Positions 28,986-38,645 of a stretch of DNA of 64,000 nt are shown here, piece by piece. Source of the DNA: a virus (Duplodnaviria > Caudoviricetes); IMG/VR virus record IMGVR_UViG_3300042908_001106, positions 11,494 through 75,493 of that record. One strand, written 5' to 3'. Position 1 is the stretch's first letter; every line of letters starts with the position of its first letter. The translations under genes and the position numbers were made by a program. The notes below the pieces were generated by a model. The model made no database searches. It saw only the letters and a program-made list of their open reading frames with translations, and was not told the DNA's origin.

Positions 28986-29198
28986 TTATATATCGCCACG
29001 ACTGACCTCGCGCCGAAGATCCAGGTCTTTATTTAAAACAAATACTCCATCTTGGAGTTCAATCAAATAGCCTGGTTTCAGTGCTTCAAAGATAGATCCT
29101 TGACACCGATCTGCTTTTTTATAATCTTCGGTAGACGCTAACTTGCCTTCCACGAAATTTAGAAAACCATCTTTGTTAAAGATTTTAATATCTTTCAT
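28986..29198 (-). CDS. Hypothetical protein
   Basis: AAGGA RBS, 70 aa. Confidence 0.5.
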   Translation of the reverse strand: MKDIKIFNKDGFLNFVEGKLASTEDYKKADRCQGSIFEALKPGYLIELQDGVFVLNKDLDLRREVSRGDI

Positions 29199-29252
29199 TT
29201 GCTTTGTCCTTTATCAATCATTAATTTAGGGTGCTTCTTATTAACTAAACTC

Positions 29253-29768
29253 TCAATATCTCCGCCTTAAATATTCTGCCAATAATAACGCCTCTGCCCT
29301 CCCGTGATGTTTTTCGAGTTTAAGATTGTTAGTTTCACCTGGAAACATCTGTAACGCCATCACCCTTGATGCTTTCTTATCCTTTCCTATTAGGCTGTAG
29401 TGCTTTTTCCATGCCTGGGGAGTAACAAACTCCATCGGGATTCCTAGCGTTGCAATAATCCCAATCCAAATCCCAAAACCCATCCCAAAGTTAAAAGTAG
29501 AAGATACCCCTTGCTTGGGCATTGCATGAACATTCTCAATAATTAGGTGAGTATTGAGGGTGATCATTTCCTTCAGTCCAGATGCCATTAATGTCGGGTT
29601 GGGGCGTATCTTTCCACTAATCTTAATAACTGGACAGTCGAGAAATTTAACCTCACCATTAGAAATCCTACACACTGCCCCCGTCGCTCCGGGGTCAATT
29701 CCGATAAATGTTTTAGTCATTATCCGTTGTTGTTTGTAAGTAGTTGATAACAGATGGGCTATAGTCAA
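29253..29768 (-). CDS. RuvC-like Holliday junction resolvase
   Basis: IGIDPG, IIENV, VTPQAWKK, AEALL; the real start is probably the MTKTF ATG. Confidence 0.8.
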   Translation of the reverse strand: MTIAHLLSTTYKQQRIMTKTFIGIDPGATGAVCRISNGEVKFLDCPVIKISGKIRPNPTLMASGLKEMITLNTHLIIENVHAMPKQGVSSTFNFGMGFGIWIGIIATLGIPMEFVTPQAWKKHYSLIGKDKKASRVMALQMFPGETNNLKLEKHHGRAEALLLAEYLRRRY

Positions 29769-30033
29769 ATATTAAAATTCTTTCAATTGCCCAACAGAAG
29801 TTGTATCTATCAATTTTTTCACCAAGTCTTCTGCTTAGAATTTTAAATACTATTCTGATTTTATCGCCAATATAAGCAGATCCATAATTTAGATTTTTGG
29901 CAATCTCAGGATAAGACTTATCGTTTAATATTCCCTCGATAATCTTTCTAGTCAAGCTATCAAGATGTTTTCCGGTCTCGGAAAATACCAAACTATCAAC
30001 CAACCAGATATATTCTAACTGTTCCCTAGTCAC
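29713..30033 (-). CDS. Stand-alone HTH like the N-terminus of cyanobacterial STAND/NB-ARC proteins
   Basis: VDSLVF..TGKHLD.L...I..G......Y.EIA....Y...YI......F..LS..LGEK pattern. Confidence 0.55.
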   Translation of the reverse strand: MTREQLEYIWLVDSLVFSETGKHLDSLTRKIIEGILNDKSYPEIAKNLNYGSAYIGDKIRIVFKILSRRLGEKIDRYNFCWAIERILIFDYSPSVINYLQTTTDND

Positions 30034-30358
30034 CTATAAAATCTCCCTCCGCATGGTAGATCCCATTATGAATTTTAAAACCTTCAATATTCTCGGTTTC
30101 AATATCCGAAAAACTTACCCGTTCACTAACCATCCAGATTAGTAATTTTTCTAAAGTGTCAAAAGCTGGAAGGTGTGGCAGTTCAAGCCTTAATCTATCG
30201 GGTGTTCCAAAAGCACCTTTAAAGTGAGTGCTGAATTTAAAGATAGAATAATGGCGATCGCTTACCCCTCTTGATATTTTTTCCACTTCATCGAGTAGGC
30301 ATCCTAAGTTTTCCATCCTAAGTTTTCCATCCTTTCTTAGCACTGTTGGCATCCGCAA
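30026..30358 (-). CDS. Hypothetical protein
   Basis: ORF in the minus-strand run; start uncertain. Confidence 0.45.
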   Translation of the reverse strand: MRMPTVLRKDGKLRMENLGCLLDEVEKISRGVSDRHYSIFKFSTHFKGAFGTPDRLRLELPHLPAFDTLEKLLIWMVSERVSFSDIETENIEGFKIHNGIYHAEGDFIGD

Positions 30359-30593
30359 AAGCTATATGATCTCGCGTTATTTGCCACTTGTAACGAGGTC
30401 TTAGTCCCTCTCCAATCCTAACACAATCCGAGTCTGTATCAGTCAAGGGAGTCACGCCGTTCTGATATTTAAACAGGGTTTTTGTTACCCAGTTAATATC
30501 AGTTAGTTGTTGATTTCCCCCGCGCTTTTTTGCTGTCTCAACAATTAATTCCGCGATCTCTGGATATTCTGATTTTAATTTTGCTTTTGCCAT
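30318..30593 (-). CDS. Hypothetical protein
   Basis: AGGAG RBS. Confidence 0.5.
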   Translation of the reverse strand: MAKAKLKSEYPEIAELIVETAKKRGGNQQLTDINWVTKTLFKYQNGVTPLTDTDSDCVRIGEGLRPRYKWQITRDHIAFADANSAKKGWKT

Positions 30594-30670
30594 TAAGACT
30601 CCTGTTCGGGGATTGCTGATATTTTTCTGTAGACTGATTCAACTACTTCTGGGTATTGCATGAGTTTTAA

Positions 30671-32419
30671 TTAGGCTTCTGTTGTGGTTTGATTGTCCTT
30701 ATCATCTCCCCCTAGTACGAAGTAAGGGGCGACTTTAATTAGTTTCCGTTCCCATTGTTCTCTAGGAACTCCTTTCATTTTCCCGACTGGTTTATTGACT
30801 TCGTAGCCCAATCTCCAGTGGGGAGATTTAGGGGAATGATTGCCTTGTCTTTGGATTCTGTTGTCATCGGAGCGGATCTTTTTCTCGGCATAACTTAGGT
30901 TTAGAACTCTAGGATATAAAACCTTTTCTGTCTTAACAGTACCAAAACCTTTATTATTCAACAGAAATCTTTTTGAAGTGTATCCATTTTTCTGTTCCTC
31001 AATCGCTAGGTCTGGCTTTGAAACAATCAACAACAAACACTGGGTTATTAATTTTGTAATAGCAAAAGTCTTAAACCTTTCAGTATTGCTTATGACATTG
31101 TTTTTTACCATACTGTTTTCAAGTATCAATATAGTATTGTTTAACGGCTGCCCGTTGGACGATACCGTTGAAAGAGAAAGACTATCTACTTTGTAGTAAC
31201 TATCTTCAATATAATTATCGCTATTAACTACAAGATTTTTTTTCTCCAAGCCTTCTAAAAAAGATTCTGTGTTTTTGAAAGAATCTTTTTGCAACAAGGT
31301 ATCCCGACGAGAAAGAAAACAGTGATCTATATAGCCAAGTGCTTTGTTGGTTTCAATGTCAACTGGATTGTTCTCTACATAAAAATAAACTGTATTTTTA
31401 GGAAAAAGAAACAATATATTGTCAAATATGCAATCAATACTTGAGAGTAAGACATTAAAATAAGATTCACTAAAATTAGTGTCAACACTTAGTAGCATAT
31501 CGATCAATTCTTTTGTTATGACAAATACAGGCGACTGAGTAGACATCCATTTCTGCACAGATGAAACATAAGTAGCTTCTTTTGCTATTCCGACATCAGA
31601 AACAATTTCTTTAATATCAAAAGACTGACATAGATGAATGTTTTTTATGAGTGAGTACAAAAAAATATTAATCATGTCATGCCAGTCTATATAGTTTTCA
31701 GGTATTTTGTAGGGATATTTTTTTAATATGGACAACCTTAGAGACTCAATTTCAATTATTCCATCATCGGTATGGATTGAGGTAGACTTGATACTGTCTT
31801 TTACTAAACCCTCTCTACTTTTGTTCTTACCCTGTGTTTTATTATTCGTGATCTTATTTTGTGATACTTCCTCAAAACAATCTTTGTCATCAATTGAAAT
31901 GTTGGTACACGATCCATTGATAATAAGTTTACAGTAGTCGGTATTATCTATTTTATACTCAGATTCATTTTCTTCTAGTTCCTTATTGCCAAGGAAATGA
32001 TTAAGCACTTTACTTTCTTCTACACTCTCAAACCACATCCTTAAATCTATGTTTCTGTCTTTACAGGCAACAAAATAAAAACAGGATAGGTCAACATGGA
32101 GGAAGTACAAAACCCTCGGTTTTATTATTTTAAAAAAAATATAAAAAACCTTTTTTGTCGCCTTAACTATGTCGCCAGAATCCTTGAAAAGATTGCTTAT
32201 TTTTATTTCGCCATTTCCTTGACCATAATGTTGCGAAAGTTCTAATTGATCAACAATCCGATCAACTAGATAAAAAATAAACTTTACATCGTCAGTCAAA
32301 TGTTTAGTTCCTGAGTCTTCAAGGTATTTAGAATTTTCTTCGTCAAGGCATTTATACAATTCCTGTTTTCTTTCTTGAAACCTTGTCTCAAAATCCGAAG
32401 CTCTATCATCATGACTCAT
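30671..32419 (-). CDS. Large hypothetical protein
   Basis: 582 aa, AT-rich, AGGAG RBS, C-terminal SPKSPHWRLG motif. Confidence 0.7.
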   Translation of the reverse strand: MSHDDRASDFETRFQERKQELYKCLDEENSKYLEDSGTKHLTDDVKFIFYLVDRIVDQLELSQHYGQGNGEIKISNLFKDSGDIVKATKKVFYIFFKIIKPRVLYFLHVDLSCFYFVACKDRNIDLRMWFESVEESKVLNHFLGNKELEENESEYKIDNTDYCKLIINGSCTNISIDDKDCFEEVSQNKITNNKTQGKNKSREGLVKDSIKSTSIHTDDGIIEIESLRLSILKKYPYKIPENYIDWHDMINIFLYSLIKNIHLCQSFDIKEIVSDVGIAKEATYVSSVQKWMSTQSPVFVITKELIDMLLSVDTNFSESYFNVLLSSIDCIFDNILFLFPKNTVYFYVENNPVDIETNKALGYIDHCFLSRRDTLLQKDSFKNTESFLEGLEKKNLVVNSDNYIEDSYYKVDSLSLSTVSSNGQPLNNTILILENSMVKNNVISNTERFKTFAITKLITQCLLLIVSKPDLAIEEQKNGYTSKRFLLNNKGFGTVKTEKVLYPRVLNLSYAEKKIRSDDNRIQRQGNHSPKSPHWRLGYEVNKPVGKMKGVPREQWERKLIKVAPYFVLGGDDKDNQTTTEA

Positions 32420-32451
32420 TTTAATATTCTCCTAATATTTACAATCCAAAA

Positions 32452-34389
32452 TTACCAACTCGGATTACCACCATTAACAGCATCTAAATCATTGTCCTCC
32501 TTTTTCAGTAAAAAATTAACACTTCTAAATCCATTGATCTCTTTAATAAGTTTTTCCCCAAACCCGAAATTCTGGAGTTCATCAAATATTAACTCAGTAT
32601 TTTCAGCATTTAAACCAAACTGAGTTCTGAGTGATGATTTGCGATAACAGTCACGAGCAGGTATTGGTGTGCCCGTAAAAATCTCTTTGATAAATTCCAA
32701 TACAGCTTGAGCCGATTCTGAAAGTGTTTTATCCGGCAATACTTTATTGGCTGTACCATTCCACGAAGGTTTATATTTGGCTTGTAATTCAGATTCAAGA
32801 CTTAATCGCTTTTGTTCATCCCAATTTTTTGTGATGTAAAAAGCTATTTTCACCGACACATCACCGATTGATTCAAGGTGTTTTTTAGCATGATGCTCCC
32901 AATCACCTCGATTATTCCAACGTCTCCAAAGGTCTTTAGATTGACCTATATAGAGAGGATTTTGATAGCCGTCAACAAATACACAGTATACCCCTGCTTC
33001 GTGTTGTGGTAGCCATTGCAAACCACTGGGATAATCAATAGATTGCCATGTGTTGCAATCTAATGGGTTTATTGATTGCAGTACACTAGGAACATCTTTT
33101 TCAATCTTAGGGAGTGAAACCGTCTTAACGTCTATGGTTTTGTTTAAAAAATTAGGATTCAATAAACCTTCGGGGGCATTGCCTTTTTTCCTATACTCAA
33201 TATGATGTTTGTGGGTTGGATGTTCGGCGATTTGATGTTGATTTGATCCACAAACAACAACAGGATAGGGAGCATTTTGGACATATTGAAATTCATGGGT
33301 GTCGTGCTTCCATAGATTTTGAATTTCATTCCTAGCACTAGCGCCACAGAGGATTAAAAGGAAATTATTTCTAAACTTACCATCAATCCCTATGGCTTCA
33401 GTATTATGAGATTGCATAAAACCGATTAAACAAATATCAAATTTCCTGGCGTTAGAAAGTTTCCGAATCGCATAAGTAAAGGTCTTAACTCTTTTTTCCT
33501 TGCTTTGTAATGGTTTAATAATATCTAATTGGGATAACTCGGACATTGTGTCGTTAATCTCATCTAAACAAATTATTATAGAATGCCCGTCTTTTCCTTT
33601 CCGGTTTTCAACTTCTTCAATCAACCAGCACAAAATCTGATAAATTGTTTCAACATCTGATTCAATCCTGGGAAATCCCATCTGTTCCCAAATAGGATTT
33701 TTAGAGGCATGAATATCTAAAACAATCACTTCGGCGGGTCTATGTTGAGTCAATTTGCCAATCACGAAACCAGCGCCTAGAGATGTTTTTGCGCTCCCAG
33801 AATTTCCCCCGATCAATATTCCCGAAGATTCATCTGCTAATTTATCCCAATTATAAAAGTTTAAGGTATTATCAGAGGGAATTTCACAGGGAACGAACGA
33901 CAATCCATCTGAAGGAATATTATAATTATCTTGATTATATTCTGTAGAAATCTCTCGGTCTAAAACCATTAATTGATTCCGGCGAAGATTCCTTTCATTA
34001 TCTTCTGGTTGGTTTTGTGGCGCTGGTGGTGATGGTGGCAATATTTGATTATGGTTTTTGATTGGCGCGATCGCCTGTTGGCTTTCGTCTAAATATTTAA
34101 TATCTCTAATTTTTTCTAATTCATATTCCATACCTAAACGTCGCAAAAACATAGCCTCGGTTTGTTCCTCTAATTTGGATTGCAGCTTGACCGATTTCTC
34201 TGACTGTGAACCCATCACCCAACCCGCAACAGATAACACCGCACCCGCGGATGTTCCAACTATCCCTAATTGTGGGTTTTTGTTGATTGCCAAAGGTGAG
34301 AGAATTGCCAGACTACAGCCAGCAATGGTTAGACCTATTGACCATGTTGACAGGTGAGGATTTTTTAAATGTTCAGGGGTGTTATTCAT
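32452..34389 (-). CDS. Membrane-anchored FtsK/HerA/VirD4-like ATPase with GIY-YIG nuclease domain
   Basis: Two N-terminal TM helices, Walker A GGNSGSAKT, Walker B IICLDE, and GVYCVF...LYIGQSKDLWRRW...E..L..KYKPSWN. Confidence 0.75.
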   Translation of the reverse strand: MNNTPEHLKNPHLSTWSIGLTIAGCSLAILSPLAINKNPQLGIVGTSAGAVLSVAGWVMGSQSEKSVKLQSKLEEQTEAMFLRRLGMEYELEKIRDIKYLDESQQAIAPIKNHNQILPPSPPAPQNQPEDNERNLRRNQLMVLDREISTEYNQDNYNIPSDGLSFVPCEIPSDNTLNFYNWDKLADESSGILIGGNSGSAKTSLGAGFVIGKLTQHRPAEVIVLDIHASKNPIWEQMGFPRIESDVETIYQILCWLIEEVENRKGKDGHSIIICLDEINDTMSELSQLDIIKPLQSKEKRVKTFTYAIRKLSNARKFDICLIGFMQSHNTEAIGIDGKFRNNFLLILCGASARNEIQNLWKHDTHEFQYVQNAPYPVVVCGSNQHQIAEHPTHKHHIEYRKKGNAPEGLLNPNFLNKTIDVKTVSLPKIEKDVPSVLQSINPLDCNTWQSIDYPSGLQWLPQHEAGVYCVFVDGYQNPLYIGQSKDLWRRWNNRGDWEHHAKKHLESIGDVSVKIAFYITKNWDEQKRLSLESELQAKYKPSWNGTANKVLPDKTLSESAQAVLEFIKEIFTGTPIPARDCYRKSSLRTQFGLNAENTELIFDELQNFGFGEKLIKEINGFRSVNFLLKKEDNDLDAVNGGNPSW

Positions 34390-34732
34390 TGTTTCCTTGA
34401 GGTAGAGAGAAAAATATCCAACATGAGACCGTTATTGTTAATAATAAAATCCACAATAATAATCTTAAGACTATCCAAGATTGTCCTATTCCTAAAGCGT
34501 AAAATATACCAATCAATAAAGATATTGCACCGAATATCAACTCATCAGAATCGGTTGATTGTTGATTCTCTGATAACAAATAAACTGCCACGCCGCCAAC
34601 AATTGAACCCAGATAAAGACAAATTGATAACACTCTAACCTCTGGATAAGTTAGTGCGAAATGGGACAGTAAAAAGGAACAAGATAAACCTGTTCCAAAG
34701 ATTGAAAACTTTTTGACTTTCCATAGTTTCAT
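34382..34732 (-). CDS. Four-TM membrane protein
   Basis: Four hydrophobic segments; coupled to the ATPase gene. Confidence 0.65.
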   Translation of the reverse strand: MKLWKVKKFSIFGTGLSCSFLLSHFALTYPEVRVLSICLYLGSIVGGVAVYLLSENQQSTDSDELIFGAISLLIGIFYALGIGQSWIVLRLLLWILLLTITVSCWIFFSLPQGNNE

Positions 34733-34767
34733 GTTCTGATTGGGGGATTTTTCACCCCCAAATAAAT

Positions 34768-35283
34768 TTACAGTTTCATTGAGTTTTCAATTTTGTCCAA
34801 CTGCTTCATGACATTAACAGCCCCCACATTTTCGTTAGCATAGTTACCAACAATTTGCATATATTTAGGAGCTTGACCATCCAACATTGTTTGGGTTTGA
34901 ATCTTCTCCTCAAAACGCTTTAGAGACCCTTCTGCAACTCCCTTGACATACTGTTGGTCAGCTTCGTACCATTCAGTCCGTGCTTTATCAACTTTCAATT
35001 GAGCTTCAACAATTATCTTTTTATTGGATGCTGCTTTAATCGCATTCTCGGCGATAATCTTAGCTCCCTTAGCCTCATTCTCGGAGGGGTTGACTCGGTC
35101 GGGAATGTTGAATTGTTGGTCAAAATCATCGGTTCCTGCATAGCTGCGTTCACGGGTATAGGGGGTGATATCACCTTTTCCGGTAGGGGTCATCACTTTA
35201 GAGAAATTAGCACCCGTGCCAGCTTCTTTGATAATGTTTCCGGTTGAAAATCGACTGCGTAACCCGTCTAGTTTAGTTGCCAT
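34768..35283 (-). CDS. Coiled-coil hypothetical protein
   Basis: Likely start MATKL at 35283 after GGAG. Confidence 0.55.
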   Translation of the reverse strand: MATKLDGLRSRFSTGNIIKEAGTGANFSKVMTPTGKGDITPYTRERSYAGTDDFDQQFNIPDRVNPSENEAKGAKIIAENAIKAASNKKIIVEAQLKVDKARTEWYEADQQYVKGVAEGSLKRFEEKIQTQTMLDGQAPKYMQIVGNYANENVGAVNVMKQLDKIENSMKL

Positions 35284-35539
35284 TGATTTTACTCCACTCA
35301 TTAAGTAATTGTTTTTTACAACCTTCACCACCTTTAGCTTTTAGGCATTTTTCATACCCTGAAAGATTGGCTACAGCTACAAACTTCTGAAATTCCTCTG
35401 TTGGTTTATTTGTTAATCTGACAACTTCAGAAGTTATCAAACCAACTAAAACCAAAGATAACAACCCCATTGACCAATTGAATACCATCACGCCTGTTAT
35501 CTGGGGGGAGGTCTGGGTTTCAGATTGTTGTAAATACAT
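35273..35539 (-). CDS. Single-TM protein
   Basis: One hydrophobic helix; abuts the rhomboid gene. Confidence 0.55.
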   Translation of the reverse strand: MYLQQSETQTSPQITGVMVFNWSMGLLSLVLVGLITSEVVRLTNKPTEEFQKFVAVANLSGYEKCLKAKGGEGCKKQLLNEWSKINGN

Positions 35540-36088
35540 TTAGTTTGTCTCCAATTTCTGGCTGTTCGCATCTAAATACCCCGCTATCGCACCACCAATA
35601 AACCCTGCCAGATGACCTTCCCAACTAATCCCTTGCGCAACCGATGGCAGCATTCCGCCGATTAAACCTTGAAATATTACCCAAGTGATTGTTGCGCATA
35701 CTAAATTAGGGAAATCCAACCGGAATATAGCGGACAAAAGACAAAATCCAAAAAAACCATATATCACCCCGCTTGCTCCTATATGATTTGAACCAGGTTG
35801 ACCAAAGAACCAAACACCAAAGCCTTCAATTATCGAAATCAGCCAAAAGTTGTAATTGAATTTTCCAGGTGCTTTGAGAATTGTTAGGGTTGCGAGGGGT
35901 AAATATCCGACCGTGTTCCCTATCAAGTGTTGGGGATCTCCGTGTAGGAATGGTGAGGTTATAATTCCCAACATTCCTATACCTTCCACTCCTGGTCTGA
36001 TTCCAAAATAGTCACCCATTGGGAAAAACATTTCTAAAGCCCACATTATTCCCAGATAGGTAGCCGCACACTTAAAATCTTTGAGCAT
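35540..36088 (-). CDS. Rhomboid family intramembrane serine protease
   Basis: PFLHG..HLIGN, catalytic GASG, and SWEGHLAG. Confidence 0.9.
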   Translation of the reverse strand: MLKDFKCAATYLGIMWALEMFFPMGDYFGIRPGVEGIGMLGIITSPFLHGDPQHLIGNTVGYLPLATLTILKAPGKFNYNFWLISIIEGFGVWFFGQPGSNHIGASGVIYGFFGFCLLSAIFRLDFPNLVCATITWVIFQGLIGGMLPSVAQGISWEGHLAGFIGGAIAGYLDANSQKLETN

Positions 36089-36092
36089 GGAT

Positions 36093-36248
36093 TTACCAGT
36101 CTAAAATTATCGAACCCGGTGTTTGATGTTGTGGTGATTGTGTTTGGCGTTGGCTAGGTAGGTTAATCTTTCCTGAGTAAAGAAAGAATGCTGTTGCAAC
36201 GGCCGCAATTCCTAACCAAATCAAATTTTGTTTATTTTTGAAGTCCAT
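36093..36248 (-). CDS. Small single-TM protein (51 aa, not in ORF track)
   Basis: MDFKNKQNLIWLGIAAVATAFFLYSGK...ILDW. Confidence 0.55.
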   Translation of the reverse strand: MDFKNKQNLIWLGIAAVATAFFLYSGKINLPSQRQTQSPQHQTPGSIILDW

Positions 36249-36363
36249 AATATCTGTTGCAAACAATATTGTTGTGAATGTTGGTGAGAGGGGGGATTGT
36301 TATGTAAAGAAGTATTCCGAAAATCATCCATTGGATAATGAATCTATGGTTTATCGTTATCAT
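36232..36363 (-). CDS. Small single-TM protein (43 aa, not in ORF track)
   Basis: MITINHRFIIQWMIFGILLYITIPP...; ATGA-coupled to the upstream ORF. Confidence 0.45.
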   Translation of the reverse strand: MITINHRFIIQWMIFGILLYITIPPLTNIHNNIVCNRYYGLQK

Positions 36364-36521
36364 AAATCCCCTTGAACATAAGCTCGACAAAAGGCTCCGG
36401 TATTGTCTGGGGTGCGATTATCGGTAATATCTGCGCCCCCTCTTTGTAAGCAAAGGAAATAAGTCAAGAACCAAACTACTATCCAAAACATCATTTCCTT
36501 TTTCGTACACAAATTCGTCAT
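36360..36521 (-). CDS. Small single-TM protein (53 aa, not in ORF track)
   Basis: MTNLCTKKEMMFWIVVWFLTYFLCLQRGG...; TGATG-coupled. Confidence 0.45.
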   Translation of the reverse strand: MTNLCTKKEMMFWIVVWFLTYFLCLQRGGADITDNRTPDNTGAFCRAYVQGDL

Positions 36522-36772
36522 CATCGTTGCATTTTATTGTTGTTGTTGATGATAATGTCGGGCGATGGTTGACTAGGGCGTTCAATGTATCTTGTTCCTC
36601 CTAAAACAATAGGCGAAATAAATATCAGGAATATAAAGCCTATTGGCAAAAGCATTATGTTTGATGATATTCCTGATGATGTGGCATTCCGATTTTGTTG
36701 TTGGCAATTATCACTTAGTTGTTGATAGTTTTGCCCTGCTTCGTAATAATTAATCTCAATTTTTTTGCTCAT
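36521..36772 (-). CDS. Single-TM protein
   Basis: IMLLPIGFIFLIFISPIVLG helix. Confidence 0.55.
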   Translation of the reverse strand: MSKKIEINYYEAGQNYQQLSDNCQQQNRNATSSGISSNIMLLPIGFIFLIFISPIVLGGTRYIERPSQPSPDIIINNNNKMQR

Positions 36773-36777
36773 TGTTT

Positions 36778-37059
36778 TTAATCGTTTTCAAATTTGTACA
36801 TATTCACTGTGCCACCATTGGGAGCCATTACAGTGTTTGGTGAAACTTGCGGTTGTAATGTTTGATGTTGTGGTCTCGTTACCATGTTTTGATATATCAA
36901 TCCTGCAACAATTCCAACTATTAACCACTGCCACCCATTTAACTTGTCGAAAAATTTATCCACTTTCATTGTTTTTTCTCCTAGTAATTCGTTAATCATT
37001 GAAAGTTTTTCAAGGTCTTTATCAGAACATTTGTCCTGTGACAAGATTCTGTTTTTCAT
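36778..37059 (-). CDS. Single-TM protein
   Basis: Start probably MKNRIL (37059), avoiding overlap with the upstream ORF; WQWLIVGIVAGLIY helix. Confidence 0.5.
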   Translation of the reverse strand: MKNRILSQDKCSDKDLEKLSMINELLGEKTMKVDKFFDKLNGWQWLIVGIVAGLIYQNMVTRPQHQTLQPQVSPNTVMAPNGGTVNMYKFEND

Positions 37060-37069
37060 TTGTCTAAGC

Positions 37070-37447
37070 TCAGAAGAACTTAAAGATGATTGTGTTTTGA
37101 CTTCCGATGTTGAACTTGTATCCTGAAGTATCGTATCCGCGTTCTGGAGTCTGTACATCTGGGTATTGATATGATTCATATTCTTGAGTTTCTTGGGGTA
37201 ATGTGTACTCGTAAGTTTGTGTTGTAGTTCGACGATTTTGGCACGGACTTTGGTAATAATTTTCTGTTTGCAAATACGCATCTTGGTAGGCATACCCTTG
37301 GGGTAATTCAGATGCCATAGCTTGACCTGTCACATTCGTGACCAAGCACATGACAAGGCTTGTGCCAAGTTGTGCCATGTTTTTTACCGGAATCCCCGTG
37401 CCACATGACAGGTTATCGTGAACCAACGGGAGAAGAATTGTATCCAT
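37070..37447 (-). CDS. Hypothetical, Tyr/Gln-rich, signal-like segment
   Basis: TAATG-coupled ORF. Confidence 0.45.
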   Translation of the reverse strand: MDTILLPLVHDNLSCGTGIPVKNMAQLGTSLVMCLVTNVTGQAMASELPQGYAYQDAYLQTENYYQSPCQNRRTTTQTYEYTLPQETQEYESYQYPDVQTPERGYDTSGYKFNIGSQNTIIFKFF

Positions 37448-37641
37448 TATTTTGAGTCCTTTTCAATGAGATTAATAAACTGGTTTCTTGCAGAGAGTAG
37501 ACTGCAAATCCCGTTAGCATTTGCTTGAATCATCCAAAATGCTAACCCGCCACCAATACCTGTTCCAATTATCAAGAGTATGATTGTATTTATCATTGAT
37601 TTCTTGATGTTGTTTGCTGTTTTTACGATAGATGACACCAT
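37447..37641 (-). CDS. Single-TM protein
   Basis: IILLIIGTGIGGGLAFWMI helix. Confidence 0.5.
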   Translation of the reverse strand: MVSSIVKTANNIKKSMINTIILLIIGTGIGGGLAFWMIQANANGICSLLSARNQFINLIEKDSK

Positions 37642-37720
37642 GATTAAACCCTGATTATTGAACTAACAAATCCCTCCGTGCATAAGAAAAACTACTTCGG
37701 GATATTGTTTTTTAATTGGT

Positions 37721-38266
37721 TTATTTGCCCTCCGGCAATGCAAAGTAACCGAGTACGTTTTCACTTCCGGTAAGTTGAAATCGATCTGCTCTTTCGACCT
37801 CTCGAATCTCGGCATCAATAATCATTCCCACCTGATTGAAACAGGTTGTTACTTTTGCAAATTCAAAGCCTTGGGCAAAATGTTCTAAGACTTTATCCTG
37901 TAGTTTTTCCGCAGCCAGTTCAACAACCTTGGGGGCTATTTGTTCGGCTAGATTGTCAGCCATTTTGTCGATTGTTTCAGCCATTGATCCAGCCGCGTGT
38001 TCGGCTTTTCCGCCCGTTTTCTTTTGCTGTGATTGCAGGTCTTTAACGTACTTTTCAACAGCTTGGGAGACAGATAACGAGTGAGTTTGTTGTATCGCGA
38101 TGATTGAGGAAAGAATCGCTACCATTCCATTTTGAGGAACATTTGTTGCGTCGAAATGGAAATTTTCTACCAGAGAGGAAATGATTAATCTAGCTCTTTC
38201 TGGTTTGACTCCAACCGCAGAGGCGATCGCGTCAAGGTCGTAGTTTTGTTGAGTTTGTGCTGTCAT
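37721..38266 (-). CDS. Hypothetical protein
   Basis: GAGGA RBS, ATGA-coupled. Confidence 0.6.
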   Translation of the reverse strand: MTAQTQQNYDLDAIASAVGVKPERARLIISSLVENFHFDATNVPQNGMVAILSSIIAIQQTHSLSVSQAVEKYVKDLQSQQKKTGGKAEHAAGSMAETIDKMADNLAEQIAPKVVELAAEKLQDKVLEHFAQGFEFAKVTTCFNQVGMIIDAEIREVERADRFQLTGSENVLGYFALPEGK

Positions 38267-38520
38267 AGTCCTCTTAATTTAATGTCGTTTAAAATCCGTT
38301 CACGGGTTCGAGTTCTTGCCCTGTTTTTGTACTCGATTAACTTGCTTGCAGCATCAGCCGAAATCATGCCGTCATTGGGTTGAAAATCAAATTCCTCTGG
38401 GCTTAAAACGCCTCGGAGGTCTTGACATAGGGTTCGGAGATAATTAACCGAAACTCCTAAACTCTCGGCTACCTGCTCACGGGTAAAATGGGTAATTTCC
38501 TCAATACTTGCGCTCCGCAT
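38263..38520 (-). CDS. HTH DNA-binding protein
   Basis: FTREQVAESLGVSVNYLR. Confidence 0.6.
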   Translation of the reverse strand: MRSASIEEITHFTREQVAESLGVSVNYLRTLCQDLRGVLSPEEFDFQPNDGMISADAASKLIEYKNRARTRTRERILNDIKLRGL

Positions 38521-38611
38521 AAATGATTACAAATCGTTTGGTTTCTGTTTGTTAAGCGAAATGAAACGCTTGACTAACAACAACAATAAACCCCCTACAG
38601 AGAGGGGGTCA

Positions 38612-38645
38612 ATGTCATTTTGTCACTGGATGTCATTCTGTCACT
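38612..38645. promoter_or_regulatory. Tandem 16-bp direct repeat, probable operator
   Basis: ATGTCATTTTGTCACT / ATGTCATTCTGTCACT with an 18-bp period. Confidence 0.5.
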
